DNA from: a virus | Taxonomy: Duplodnaviria; Caudoviricetes | IMG/VR virus record: IMGVR_UViG_3300005076_000002 | Location: 155,690 to 219,689 of that record | DNA: 64,000 bases | Reading direction: 5' to 3' (one strand) | In this document: piece by piece, positions 18,094 through 27,124 of the stretch | Numbering within the stretch: position 1 is the first letter of the stretch | Layout: each line of letters begins with the position of its first letter | The notes under the pieces: model-generated | What the model saw: the letters and a program-made list of their open reading frames with translations, nothing else | The model's database searches: none | Told to the model about the DNA's origin: nothing | Made by a program: the position numbers and the translations under genes

Positions 18094-19539
18094 ATGTTAC
18101 AAGACATCTTAACATACATCAACACCGTGTCTCAGGGTAACCAGATGATTGCGGGCGCACTCACATTGACCGCGTCGGGGGCAGTGATGTTCCTCATTAA
18201 AGAAATGCCTATGCGAATCATGGCCTTTCTGCGGTCTCAGTTTACCACCACTGCCAGTTTTAACAACGGTAGCTGGGAGAAGCAAACTACCTTTATCCGT
18301 ATCGCGGACTTTCTGGCCAAAAAGACCACGGAAACTGGTAGTCGTAGTGTGACGATTGACAGTATCTGGGACCGTGATACCGGCCGTACCAAACTGGTCG
18401 TCACAATCGGTTCTGGCAAACACTTCTTCTTCTATCGTGGGCAGCCTATCATGCTCCACCGTTCCATGATGCAGGAGAACAACGGCGACGTCATCAAAGA
18501 AATCATTACGCTGACTAAACTGGGTCGCTCGCACAAACTGTTCCATGACCTGGTTAAGGATAACACCCCGACCAAGCACAAAGCCCTCTCTATCTCCACA
18601 TGGGCTCAAGGCGAGTGGCGCCAGACCAGCGAGCTCGACGCTGGCGGTCTGGAGACCATTGCACTGGATAAAGACATTCGTGAGTTCTTCATCGAACAGA
18701 TGGATAACTTCAAGAACGGTAAGGATACCTACCGTCGTCTGGGTCTGGCATACAAGATGACCGTTATCCTGCATGGCCTGACCGGTTCCGGTAAGACCTG
18801 CCTGATTCGTGCATTGGCCGCCCAATACCGGATGAACGTCTGTATCCTCGACCTCAGTGAAATCAGCCCGGTACAGTTGGTTGCAGCCCTGGGTTCTGTT
18901 CCTGGTAACTCGCTGTTACTGGCTGAGGACTTTGACTCTGCCCGCCACCTCCACAGCCGTGTAGATAAAAAGAAAGCCAACGAGACGAAAACAAAGGAGG
19001 TTGACAACCGCCCATTATCTGACCAAGTCATTGACGAGTTCATGGGTGGTAATTTGTCCAGCACGCTGAACGCGTTGGACGGTATCTCCAGTCTGAACAA
19101 TGTGGTAGTTTTCCTGACCACTAACCATCTGGAGAAAATCGATAACGCGGTCTATCGCCCCGGTCGCGTCGACCACATCGTTGAACTGCCGAAGCCGTCG
19201 GTCGCGGCTATCCGTGAGCACTTCGAGTATTGCTACCCGGATATCAATCAGTATGAGCCAGTATGGAGTGATTTGCCCGGTTGCATCATCCACAAAGTCA
19301 AGCAGCTTAGTCTGGGTAACACCAAACGTGCTGCTGACCTGTTGACTTACTACGGACTGAACCCGGAAGTGGCACTGCAAGAGCAGCGCGGTGAGCTCGA
19401 GCATATGGTTAGCATCAAGGAAAAGATGGCGGCCATCCAAGAGCATGCTAAGCGCCAGCAAAATAAGACACCGGTCGCTGGGACCGATGAAGAAACTGCG
19501 CCGAGTGGCGATATGGCGATTACGGAGAAAGCGGCATGA
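18094..19539 (+). CDS. BCS1-like membrane-anchored AAA+ ATPase
   Basis: N-terminal hydrophobic helix; BCS1_N-like G.G.HFFFYRG segment; Walker A GLTGSGKT; Walker B LLLAEDFD; LNALDG; TTNH...RPGRVD second region of homology. Confidence 0.85.
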   Translation: MLQDILTYINTVSQGNQMIAGALTLTASGAVMFLIKEMPMRIMAFLRSQFTTTASFNNGSWEKQTTFIRIADFLAKKTTETGSRSVTIDSIWDRDTGRTKLVVTIGSGKHFFFYRGQPIMLHRSMMQENNGDVIKEIITLTKLGRSHKLFHDLVKDNTPTKHKALSISTWAQGEWRQTSELDAGGLETIALDKDIREFFIEQMDNFKNGKDTYRRLGLAYKMTVILHGLTGSGKTCLIRALAAQYRMNVCILDLSEISPVQLVAALGSVPGNSLLLAEDFDSARHLHSRVDKKKANETKTKEVDNRPLSDQVIDEFMGGNLSSTLNALDGISSLNNVVVFLTTNHLEKIDNAVYRPGRVDHIVELPKPSVAAIREHFEYCYPDINQYEPVWSDLPGCIIHKVKQLSLGNTKRAADLLTYYGLNPEVALQEQRGELEHMVSIKEKMAAIQEHAKRQQNKTPVAGTDEETAPSGDMAITEKAA

Positions 19540-19588
19540 GTGTAGAAAATCAAGAAATTCTGTCGAGCATTTAAAGGGCTTATGAAAA

Positions 19589-19999
19589 ATGACACCATTT
19601 AATCACCACCTCATCTGTGCCTTTTGGGCCTGGTGTGAAGAGAATGCCATTCGTACCCACGTGCGCTTTGCACGTAATGCGCCAGGGGTAGTTTGGCATC
19701 CTCAGCGTAAACAGCATGCTGATGTCTTGAGCATCGGTTCTAACGCAGTTACTAATCTCGTTATCAACGAGGCTGGTCTTAGCTGCAATGCGCGTATCCA
19801 AGGCATGGCGATGGAAGTATTCCTTCCATTGGAAAGTATTGACTACGTGTTCTCACCGGATACCGACCAGATAGCGCTGCCGTTGCCTCCGGTAGTACGG
19901 ACTCAGCCGACCGCGCCTAAAGTCGACCTCGATAAGGCATCCAAGCCGGAACCTACTCCGGTAGCCAAATCCCGTGCACATCTGACGGTGGTAAAATAA
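19589..19999 (+). CDS. sspB: SspB-like ClpXP adaptor (stringent starvation protein B)
   Basis: AFWAWCEEN..THV, VLSIG..AV.NL.I, CNARI.G....VFLP...I..VFS core, and C-terminal ClpX-binding HLTVVK (compare LRVVK). Confidence 0.85.
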   Translation: MTPFNHHLICAFWAWCEENAIRTHVRFARNAPGVVWHPQRKQHADVLSIGSNAVTNLVINEAGLSCNARIQGMAMEVFLPLESIDYVFSPDTDQIALPLPPVVRTQPTAPKVDLDKASKPEPTPVAKSRAHLTVVK

Positions 20000-20054
20000 C
20001 CCCAACGGTAGGAAGGTATCGTGGGAGTTGAGCGCGGTAATGATAATCGCCGAC

Positions 20055-20098
20055 CGGCATAAATAAGCGCTAGGGGCTTAGGCCCCTAGTTTTTTTTT
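20055..20098 (+). terminator. CTAGGGG-family terminator, likely bidirectional
   Basis: GGCATAAA...GCTAGGGGC-ttag-GCCCCTAGT-T8. Confidence 0.85.
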
Positions 20099-20175
20099 GT
20101 GTTTTTTTATTCTAAATCTTATGTGGGATCCATCCATTCTGAGGCATGGACGCAAACCAACAGGAAACACAATCG

Positions 20176-21336
20176 ATGAGTCTAGCCTTACGTGAGCAAA
20201 ACGCTTGGAACGAAGTATTTCGTTTTGTAGCTAAATCCAACCCGGCAATCGGGGATGACCCGACTAAATGGCGTCCTATTAAAATAGAGAAGAATGCTAC
20301 AGACCCGATGGCTTTGAAGCTCGTCATTGCGTCTACGCAACCTGATATAGTTTCTGGTTATCTGACCGTGGACTATAAAGCAGCTGACCTAGGTAAACTG
20401 GTTAACGTCTTTGGTGACGTGACCAAACCCCCGGTGGTCAAATTCTGGTCTGACGCTGGAGCCTCGCGCAAGCTTTCTGATATTGTCAATATCATGAATA
20501 ATGCGTTAGGTTTACAGCTCACCCTGTCTGGACTGTATGCTGACCTGGAAGACCAGACGTTTACAGTACCAGCTAAGAACGACAGCGTCGTTTTGACTCT
20601 TACCCCGAAGGCTATCCCAGTGGGCGGGAGTTCTATTATGCCGCTGCGATTGGCCGGTTCTAAGAAAGCAGTCATTGAGGTGTTTAACCGCGGTAGTCAT
20701 ATCGGCACCGCCATGGCTAAGCACGCAGCTAATCCGTTTAAGACAGACGCGGGTGAATTGGTTTGGAGCGGCGAAACTCAAATGGTCGATAATCCCACCA
20801 TGAGTTGGCTGCCGTTACTTGCACAGCTGGACTTCACCGATCTATTTGGCACGCCGCAATTGCTTAACGGCGCCTTTAACGCTGGAAACCGCGACTACGG
20901 TTCTGGCGGTTGGGCAGCGGTAATGAACGATGAAACACGCGCTATCGTCAATGCTCGTCTTGCTTCTGTAGGTATCCCACCTATCACCCGCCCGACAGGC
21001 GTCGTCGACTCTGTCACTGCATATAAGAACATGATCGTGTCCGCCTCGTCAATGACCAACCCATCGTCTAACGACACAGGTACGTTCGTAAATCTGACCA
21101 AGACCTTCCTGGGTCGCCACTTCTCCTACTTTGCTATCCCAGGCGATCGTGGCGGTGCATTGCCTGCTTGGATTAAAAACAACGTCAAGAAGAAATACGC
21201 CATTCGTATCCATCCGCCAGGAACCACATTTAATAACGGCTGGGATGGTATGATTGTAGACTACAACGTTGCTGACGATAAGAAGCCGATGAACAAACGC
21301 CCGCTGTATTTGTTCTTTGATGATCTAATTGTGTGA
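20176..21336 (+). CDS. Putative virion structural/tail-associated protein, paralog 6
   Basis: Start chosen by alignment with paralog 7 (MSLAL/MGLAL). VDYKAADLG, NRG...ANPF, LDFTDLFG and terminal LYLFFDDL motifs. Confidence 0.65.
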   Translation: MSLALREQNAWNEVFRFVAKSNPAIGDDPTKWRPIKIEKNATDPMALKLVIASTQPDIVSGYLTVDYKAADLGKLVNVFGDVTKPPVVKFWSDAGASRKLSDIVNIMNNALGLQLTLSGLYADLEDQTFTVPAKNDSVVLTLTPKAIPVGGSSIMPLRLAGSKKAVIEVFNRGSHIGTAMAKHAANPFKTDAGELVWSGETQMVDNPTMSWLPLLAQLDFTDLFGTPQLLNGAFNAGNRDYGSGGWAAVMNDETRAIVNARLASVGIPPITRPTGVVDSVTAYKNMIVSASSMTNPSSNDTGTFVNLTKTFLGRHFSYFAIPGDRGGALPAWIKNNVKKKYAIRIHPPGTTFNNGWDGMIVDYNVADDKKPMNKRPLYLFFDDLIV

Positions 21337-21344
21337 GGTGATAT

Positions 21345-22514
21345 ATGGGACTAGCACTAGACGGTAATAATGCGTGGGAGGAGGTATTCTCCCTATTTAA
21401 AAAGCAGAACCCTGAGCTGGCTAACGCCAGCTATATGGATTACAACCCGGCGCTGATTAAACAAGACCCCAATAATCCGTCACGGGTACTCCTGGTAATC
21501 ACGTCCAAGAATCCTGCGGTGGTTAAAGGGAGTATCGTGGTCAGCTATGAACGGGCGGATTTGGTGAAACTGTTCAATAAGTTTGCCGATGACTCCAAGA
21601 TCCCTGTAATTTCACTAAGTCTCAATCCCGGCACTTCATATAAGCTCAGTGAGTTTATAGACATACTTAATGCATCGCTGGGTACTGCGCTAAAGGTAAA
21701 GGGTAGTAGTGGCTATTACGACATCGTAGATGCTAATTTCACTGCTCCTGCTAAAGGTGCTACGGTTACCGTTTCTGTAGCTACCGATGCAATCCCTACC
21801 GACGGTGCCTTTATTGCGATGCCGCTGCGAGTAAGTAACGCGAGTACCGGAAAAATTAAAATTGCCAACCGAGGAGTAACCGTAGATAAATTAGCGACAG
21901 TTCGTAGTATCAACCCGTTTGTACGGGATGATGGCAATCTTAACGCTGGTACTGAGCCTATCAGTGTGGCCAACCCCACTGCCTCCGTACTACTGCGTCT
22001 GTACAACATGGACTTCACTGAACTGTTTGGTACTGTAGCACTGTTTAACTCGAGATTCCGTACCGTGCCTGGCAGTAGCTATAATGGGCCGGCACAGCTG
22101 AGGCCGGAAACCATTAAACTCATCAATGAGAAGTTCGCCCTTGAAGGTGTCCCGCTCATTGATGTGAATCGTCCGACAAATTCCGTCGACATTGTACCGA
22201 GCGATGCATACTATTCCTGGGCCATTGAAACGATGGAACTGACCTCTTATTACGACAGGTATCGTAAGTCGTATATGGGTCTTACCGCCGCACCGTTCCT
22301 GGGTATGAATGGCTACGGCACGCCTAATGCAGGTGACCGAAAGGGCGTAGCTCCTGCGCACATCAACAAGGCATTTAAATACTACGTTCGTTTGTCGCCG
22401 CTCGGCAGCACTATCGATTCGTACACCAAGATGCCGTACGATAATAACAAGGCACATGATATGTTGCCTGTTAATCAGCGTCCGCTATACCTGTTCTTCA
22501 ACGACCTCATGTAA
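21345..22514 (+). CDS. Putative virion structural/tail-associated protein, paralog 7
   Basis: SYERADL, NRG...INPFVRDDGNLN, MDFTELFG and terminal LYLFFNDL motifs. Confidence 0.65.
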   Translation: MGLALDGNNAWEEVFSLFKKQNPELANASYMDYNPALIKQDPNNPSRVLLVITSKNPAVVKGSIVVSYERADLVKLFNKFADDSKIPVISLSLNPGTSYKLSEFIDILNASLGTALKVKGSSGYYDIVDANFTAPAKGATVTVSVATDAIPTDGAFIAMPLRVSNASTGKIKIANRGVTVDKLATVRSINPFVRDDGNLNAGTEPISVANPTASVLLRLYNMDFTELFGTVALFNSRFRTVPGSSYNGPAQLRPETIKLINEKFALEGVPLIDVNRPTNSVDIVPSDAYYSWAIETMELTSYYDRYRKSYMGLTAAPFLGMNGYGTPNAGDRKGVAPAHINKAFKYYVRLSPLGSTIDSYTKMPYDNNKAHDMLPVNQRPLYLFFNDLM

Positions 22515-22528
22515 CATAAAGACTAAGC

Positions 22529-22560
22529 GGCTAGGGGCGAAAGCCCCTAGCCCTTATCTT
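22529..22560 (+). terminator. CTAGGGG-family terminator
   Basis: GGCTAGGGGC-gaaa-GCCCCTAGCC. Confidence 0.75.
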
Positions 22561-22566
22561 ATTTAT

Positions 22567-22590
22567 TTACAGGTATATCTTATCTATGTG
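22567..22590 (+). promoter_or_regulatory. Putative phage early promoter (24-nt motif)
   Basis: TTACAGGTATATCTTATCTATGTG. Confidence 0.7.
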
Positions 22591-22620
22591 GTAATAACCA
22601 AGTAATCTTAAGGAGTAAAC

Positions 22621-23370
22621 ATGCATATCAAACGTAATAGTGATTTCACCGCCATTTATGCACAAGGATTGGAGATGGCACAAGCCGTTCCAGCTGAAGT
22701 CTGGAATGGTCACGTAGATGCCCAGTATTCTACCGTTCACCGCATTCTAGAAGCAGTAAGTGGTGGTGAGTACGATACGGCAGTGATTCTTAACGAAGCA
22801 CACGAACTGACCAACATTATCAATAACATGCGCAACACTGGACGAGATAACTCCTACAAGCGCGCAGTACAGGCCGAGACTCAACAGATGACCATCGCTC
22901 GTTTGTTAGTTATCGGCCTCTATACCTTTTATGACTCAACTTTCGTGGCTGAGCTGCATCAGGTAGACCGTAACCGCTATATCCATGCGGTACGTGCCAT
23001 GATGGCTAACTATGCTGCCGGGATGATCATCCGTGTAGGTAGCCGTGAGGACTGCGTCGGTATCCCTACCTGGAGTTTTGTTCGTACCCAACTCGGACGT
23101 TACAGTCGGATGTTCTACCCATCCCTTCACACCAACAGCCCCTGGTCTCATTTCAAGATGTTTATTGCAGTAGAAGGCAATGATCTGTTTGAACGGACTG
23201 CCGTCTGGAATGACGATACCATCTACATGAAGGCGCTCATCTTCACTCGTGTCTACGAATACTTCGATCGGGTAGATCTCATCTCCAAAGATACTGTAAT
23301 CCAGGTTACGGCCGCTGTGTTCCGTGACGAGCGCCAAACGCTGCTCGACTGTCTCGAGGTTAATGCATAA
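22621..23370 (+). CDS. Hypothetical protein
   Basis: AAGGAG RBS. Confidence 0.8.
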   Translation: MHIKRNSDFTAIYAQGLEMAQAVPAEVWNGHVDAQYSTVHRILEAVSGGEYDTAVILNEAHELTNIINNMRNTGRDNSYKRAVQAETQQMTIARLLVIGLYTFYDSTFVAELHQVDRNRYIHAVRAMMANYAAGMIIRVGSREDCVGIPTWSFVRTQLGRYSRMFYPSLHTNSPWSHFKMFIAVEGNDLFERTAVWNDDTIYMKALIFTRVYEYFDRVDLISKDTVIQVTAAVFRDERQTLLDCLEVNA

Positions 23371-23744
23371 TGTCTACCGCTAAAAAGATCGATCTGATAA
23401 GAGCGATAGCGCAGTCCTATGTCGCTACCCTTGAGCCGCAAAACATCGCCATCTATGGCAGTGATGTGGCTTATTGTACCTGGGACGTTATCAATACTGG
23501 CGAGACTTCTCGTAGTGTTGTGTTCGTCCATAACGGTACTAGCTGGCATAAGGCCGGTAACGGTAACCAGACCCTGTGTGCTATTGCATACTTTCAGTTG
23601 GGTTGCCGTGGTTGGGATTACGAGACATTCAATCGTAAGACTGGCCTATGTCTGGATGTGGTTACCCGCAGGGTAGTAGAAGATGAGATCGCAAGGACGA
23701 GAGAAGCGGCTATTAAACGCACCGCACTGCTGGAGGATTTATGA
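23370..23744 (+). CDS. Hypothetical protein
   Basis: TAATG coupling. Confidence 0.75.
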   Translation: MSTAKKIDLIRAIAQSYVATLEPQNIAIYGSDVAYCTWDVINTGETSRSVVFVHNGTSWHKAGNGNQTLCAIAYFQLGCRGWDYETFNRKTGLCLDVVTRRVVEDEIARTREAAIKRTALLEDL

Positions 23745-24085
23745 ATCCGGCTTATCAGGAAGTGACATTAGACATTGTTAAGGAAGTAAGTGCCTGCACT
23801 AAATCGACACTGAAGAATGCATTCGGCGCCATCGGAAAGGGTATGCGTGTACTAGCCACTGCCATGCAGTACAGTCACGATTTCACGTACGGGAGTCGAC
23901 GTGTTTATGGTAAACGCGGTAAGCATCGTAAGGGTACTTATATCCCAGCTACTCTCAAAGGTCGCTATGACGCCGGTAGTGTCGCTAAGGCCATTTGCGA
24001 GATCGAAACCGTCGTATCGCCGAAGGACTGGAACCGTCGTGATCTTCTCATTCATCTCAAACGGGGTACCGAATGCTCGAACTGA
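23741..24085 (+). CDS. Hypothetical basic protein
   Basis: GGAGG RBS; ATGA overlap. Confidence 0.7.
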   Translation: MNPAYQEVTLDIVKEVSACTKSTLKNAFGAIGKGMRVLATAMQYSHDFTYGSRRVYGKRGKHRKGTYIPATLKGRYDAGSVAKAICEIETVVSPKDWNRRDLLIHLKRGTECSN

Positions 24086-24240
24086 TCATGTTGCCGACCA
24101 TTGTGGTCGGCATTGCCATTTATGTGACCTGGATTGAGGTCAAAAACAACCGTCCTTTTAAATGGGCTTTCATAGACGGCTTAGCGAGCGGGACAGCGCT
24201 AAGCGTGATCTACTACTGTATCCAAGCAGGCAGCATATGA
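24073..24240 (+). CDS. Small membrane protein (55 aa, absent from ORF track)
   Basis: MLELIMLPTIVVGIAIYVTW...; two hydrophobic segments; ATGA-coupled to the next gene. Confidence 0.6.
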   Translation: MLELIMLPTIVVGIAIYVTWIEVKNNRPFKWAFIDGLASGTALSVIYYCIQAGSI

Positions 24241-24422
24241 TACGGAAAATCTATGATAAGCTGACGTCTTATTCCCCGCAATTGAGGGTGGGTATTCTGT
24301 GTCTGGTTCAGGTGGTTATGCCGGAGTCGTTATTTATGGCATCGCTAATACTCTCGGCACAGATTGTGATTCTCATCAATTTCATAAGGAATCATTACCG
24401 TGAGCGTCGTTCAGAGGATTGA
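24237..24422 (+). CDS. Small membrane protein
   Basis: ATGA overlap; hydrophobic segments. Confidence 0.55.
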   Translation: MIRKIYDKLTSYSPQLRVGILCLVQVVMPESLFMASLILSAQIVILINFIRNHYRERRSED

Positions 24423-24831
24423 AGCGGAATACACGCCTCTGTGTCTTACTTACATCAAAGATGACTTAGAATTAGTCATTGAGTTCAATGGTGACCGCCA
24501 TCGAGTGATCTACATCGCTATAGACGATAAACATATCGGTATCGTCTCTAGGGACGACGTAGAGCTCCTCGGGGTCTTTGACCGACTCAAGGTACCGACT
24601 AGGATGTCGAACACGCCACCGCACGTTATATTCAGCGGTTCAACGCCTAAGGAGTTGGTCATCGGCCATTCGTCAGCAGAGATGGAAGCTGCTGGGCTGC
24701 TTTGTAGTTTATTGCTTATGGAGATTGGCGTCAGTAAAACACTGCCGAAAGTCTCAGTCGAACGTGTACTGGATAAAATCCCGTCACTTACCCACGGTCC
24801 ATGGACCTATCGTACCTCGGAGATAAAATGA
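24400..24831 (+). CDS. Hypothetical protein
   Basis: AAGGA RBS; GTG start. Confidence 0.7.
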   Translation: MSVVQRIEAEYTPLCLTYIKDDLELVIEFNGDRHRVIYIAIDDKHIGIVSRDDVELLGVFDRLKVPTRMSNTPPHVIFSGSTPKELVIGHSSAEMEAAGLLCSLLLMEIGVSKTLPKVSVERVLDKIPSLTHGPWTYRTSEIK

Positions 24832-25223
24832 ACCTGCTCGAAGAACTTTGTAATTTGAAAGAAGTTACCTACCTCCTTAGCAACAGCGATGTAGATGAAC
24901 TGCCGATGCCTGGGGTAGGGGAGACCTGCCTACTGGGCTGTCCGGGATTAGGTATCCTGGTCGTATACCTCATGGAAGGGGATCAGTTTGAATATGGGTT
25001 TGCACCTATTGACAAACTGCCAGAGATCCGTGCTGATCTGATCCAATCGCCCTTTGCACCCTACCTGCGTAAGGTAGAAGCCAAAGAGTGGTTCGAGCGT
25101 GTAGACTTCGCTCGCTTTGAAGACTACACGACCTTCAAAGACCCCAAAGTGGTGGAATCCATTATTGGTTTCTTCCTCGAGTCTGTAGAAGCTGCTATTG
25201 GCGATCAGAAGCCCGCAGTTTAA
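24828..25223 (+). CDS. Hypothetical acidic protein
   Basis: GGAG RBS; ATGA overlap. Confidence 0.75.
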   Translation: MNLLEELCNLKEVTYLLSNSDVDELPMPGVGETCLLGCPGLGILVVYLMEGDQFEYGFAPIDKLPEIRADLIQSPFAPYLRKVEAKEWFERVDFARFEDYTTFKDPKVVESIIGFFLESVEAAIGDQKPAV

Positions 25224-25274
25224 TCGTAATCGTTTGGCAGGGGGATGGTACCCTCTGCCCTTTATGGAGTCGCT

Positions 25275-25565
25275 ATGACCTTCCAGTCTCATACCAAAGC
25301 ACGTGCCGGCGTTATCATCGCAGTAGACCTCATCAAACGCCCTAAGCGCTACCCTGTAGCTCGTCTGACCATAGACACTGCCAAAGACATCCGTAAGTTT
25401 AACGTTCCCGTCCTAGGCCGCTATATGCCACAGGTAGGACAATGGATCTATACTCGAGGTATCTCGGTAGATATCATGTTCGTAGACCCTAAACATTACG
25501 AGCCTACTACTATTCCCTTTACCCGAGCTTCTGCTATTACGTACATCAAGAAAGAGCCGGTTTAA
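25275..25565 (+). CDS. Hypothetical protein
   Basis: GGAG RBS after the hairpin at 25236-25259. Confidence 0.7.
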   Translation: MTFQSHTKARAGVIIAVDLIKRPKRYPVARLTIDTAKDIRKFNVPVLGRYMPQVGQWIYTRGISVDIMFVDPKHYEPTTIPFTRASAITYIKKEPV

Positions 25566-25707
25566 TTTTACAGCATTCACTATCTTGTGAACGGCCCAAA
25601 CAGTAAAGGCTTTTTATTTCTTAAAGCTAATCTAGTATTTGCAGTAGTCTTTAGTCTTATAGAGAGGTGGGGTATTAACCCCGCTACCTTATATCTTAGG
25701 AGAAGCT

Positions 25708-26214
25708 ATGAAGCTTAATATGAAATCAAAACCGCTGGATGTCTCCATACTGAAAAAGAATAGTGAGTTCGTAGAGCAGTTCCTCGCCCGCAAGCAGATA
25801 GGTCGTGGTAAGTCTAATCTGGGACTGATGTTCCCCAGACAGAACACCTTCGACTTCCTTTCGGAAATGGCTATTGAGTTATTCGATCAAAACCCGAGCT
25901 ACTATCTTGGCTACCCTCTGGGGTCTCCACTGCGTAACCCGCCGGTAGTTGAATCGGCGGTATACGGACGGTGTCGTTCGGTTATGGCCGATCCTGACTC
26001 AGTAAAAGTATTCGACGAACATATGGCGCGGTTAGACCGTCGTCGTTATATCGGTACTGCGTTTCCCAAACGTTTCAATGCCCAGCGGCATCGCCTCCCC
26101 GGTAAGCTCTATACAGCCGATGTCGCTTATTTTGTACTGACTGGTAATTCTATTGATGACGTCACTACGATGTCCCAAATCCAATCTAAGGCCGTCAAGG
26201 CGTGGGAGTGTTAA
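25708..26214 (+). CDS. Hypothetical protein
   Basis: AGGAG RBS. Confidence 0.75.
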   Translation: MKLNMKSKPLDVSILKKNSEFVEQFLARKQIGRGKSNLGLMFPRQNTFDFLSEMAIELFDQNPSYYLGYPLGSPLRNPPVVESAVYGRCRSVMADPDSVKVFDEHMARLDRRRYIGTAFPKRFNAQRHRLPGKLYTADVAYFVLTGNSIDDVTTMSQIQSKAVKAWEC

Positions 26215-26215
26215 A

Positions 26216-26326
26216 ATGAAGATCGTATTGTCTGGTTTGCTTGGCCTCGTTATGTTCGGACTGATGGCCTACGGCCTGGTCTGCCTTATCCAGAAATTCA
26301 CCGGGGGTAAAAAGAATGATAAGTGA
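26216..26326 (+). CDS. Small membrane protein (36 aa, absent from ORF track)
   Basis: GGGAG RBS; MKIVLSGLLGLVMFGLMAYGLVCLIQKF... Confidence 0.6.
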   Translation: MKIVLSGLLGLVMFGLMAYGLVCLIQKFTGGKKNDK

Positions 26327-26720
26327 ACGCAGCCTCAAGGTCACCGTAGTCGTCACAACGCTCGCGCTTTTCTGTGCGATAGTTTACGCGTGGTATCTGA
26401 TTACCGCGCATAACCTTCCCACGGCGATGGGTACGTGTTTGATAGTCGTGATGGTCAGTATGTACGTCATGGGCCTGACCTTCGATCGTTACCGCCGGGG
26501 TCTGTATAGCGAAGCTATGCGTCTCTATAAAGCGGAGCATGCACGGGCCGAGGACTACATTGCTAGAATCCACGTCCGCGATATTACCATCCGCCTCCAA
26601 ACCGAGCAAATAGAGCAATATCGCGAGGCAGAAAGGCAAGCCGCTGAACAGGCAGTCGAGATCGACCGACGTCTAAACGCAATCATTGACAATCTCCATC
26701 GTATCGGAAGTCATAAATGA
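26316..26720 (+). CDS. Two-TM plus coiled-coil protein
   Basis: Two hydrophobic helices followed by a charged heptad-like tail. Confidence 0.7.
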   Translation: MISERSLKVTVVVTTLALFCAIVYAWYLITAHNLPTAMGTCLIVVMVSMYVMGLTFDRYRRGLYSEAMRLYKAEHARAEDYIARIHVRDITIRLQTEQIEQYREAERQAAEQAVEIDRRLNAIIDNLHRIGSHK

Positions 26721-27124
26721 AAAATAATTTGTTTTATATCATCATCGCACTGTTCAGTTTCGGCTGCTGGGCTTTGGCAGTTTCCGAGGCGGTAAAGTTG
26801 GGCAATGACGGTGCCCTGATCCTTCCAGCGTTTATGGGTACTGCTGGTATGATGTTGTTGTTCACCTGGCTGGTAGGTAGCTATCGAAGGATCATCATCG
26901 ACGCCAATACCACCAATCGCGGTTTGCTGGCACAAAACAAACGGCTGGCTGCTGATCTATCAATGCATGCCGAAATGAACCGGACCCTGTCAGAGCAGAA
27001 CCATAACCTTACCAACGAAATGCTGACTAAGGTTGCGGCTATGCAACAGACGGTCGATATGTACGAAAAGAGCCTGCATGATCAAATTGAAAAACTGAAC
27101 GCGGTCGTCCCTGAGGAGAAATAA
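26717..27124 (+). CDS. Two-TM plus coiled-coil protein
   Basis: Two hydrophobic helices followed by a coiled-coil-like tail. Confidence 0.7.
   Translation: MKNNLFYIIIALFSFGCWALAVSEAVKLGNDGALILPAFMGTAGMMLLFTWLVGSYRRIIIDANTTNRGLLAQNKRLAADLSMHAEMNRTLSEQNHNLTNEMLTKVAAMQQTVDMYEKSLHDQIEKLNAVVPEEK

Noticed and set aside
24162-24236. ORF-track start at 24162
   Set aside because: A 55-aa membrane ORF (24073-24240) occupies this stretch and couples by ATGA to a start at 24237
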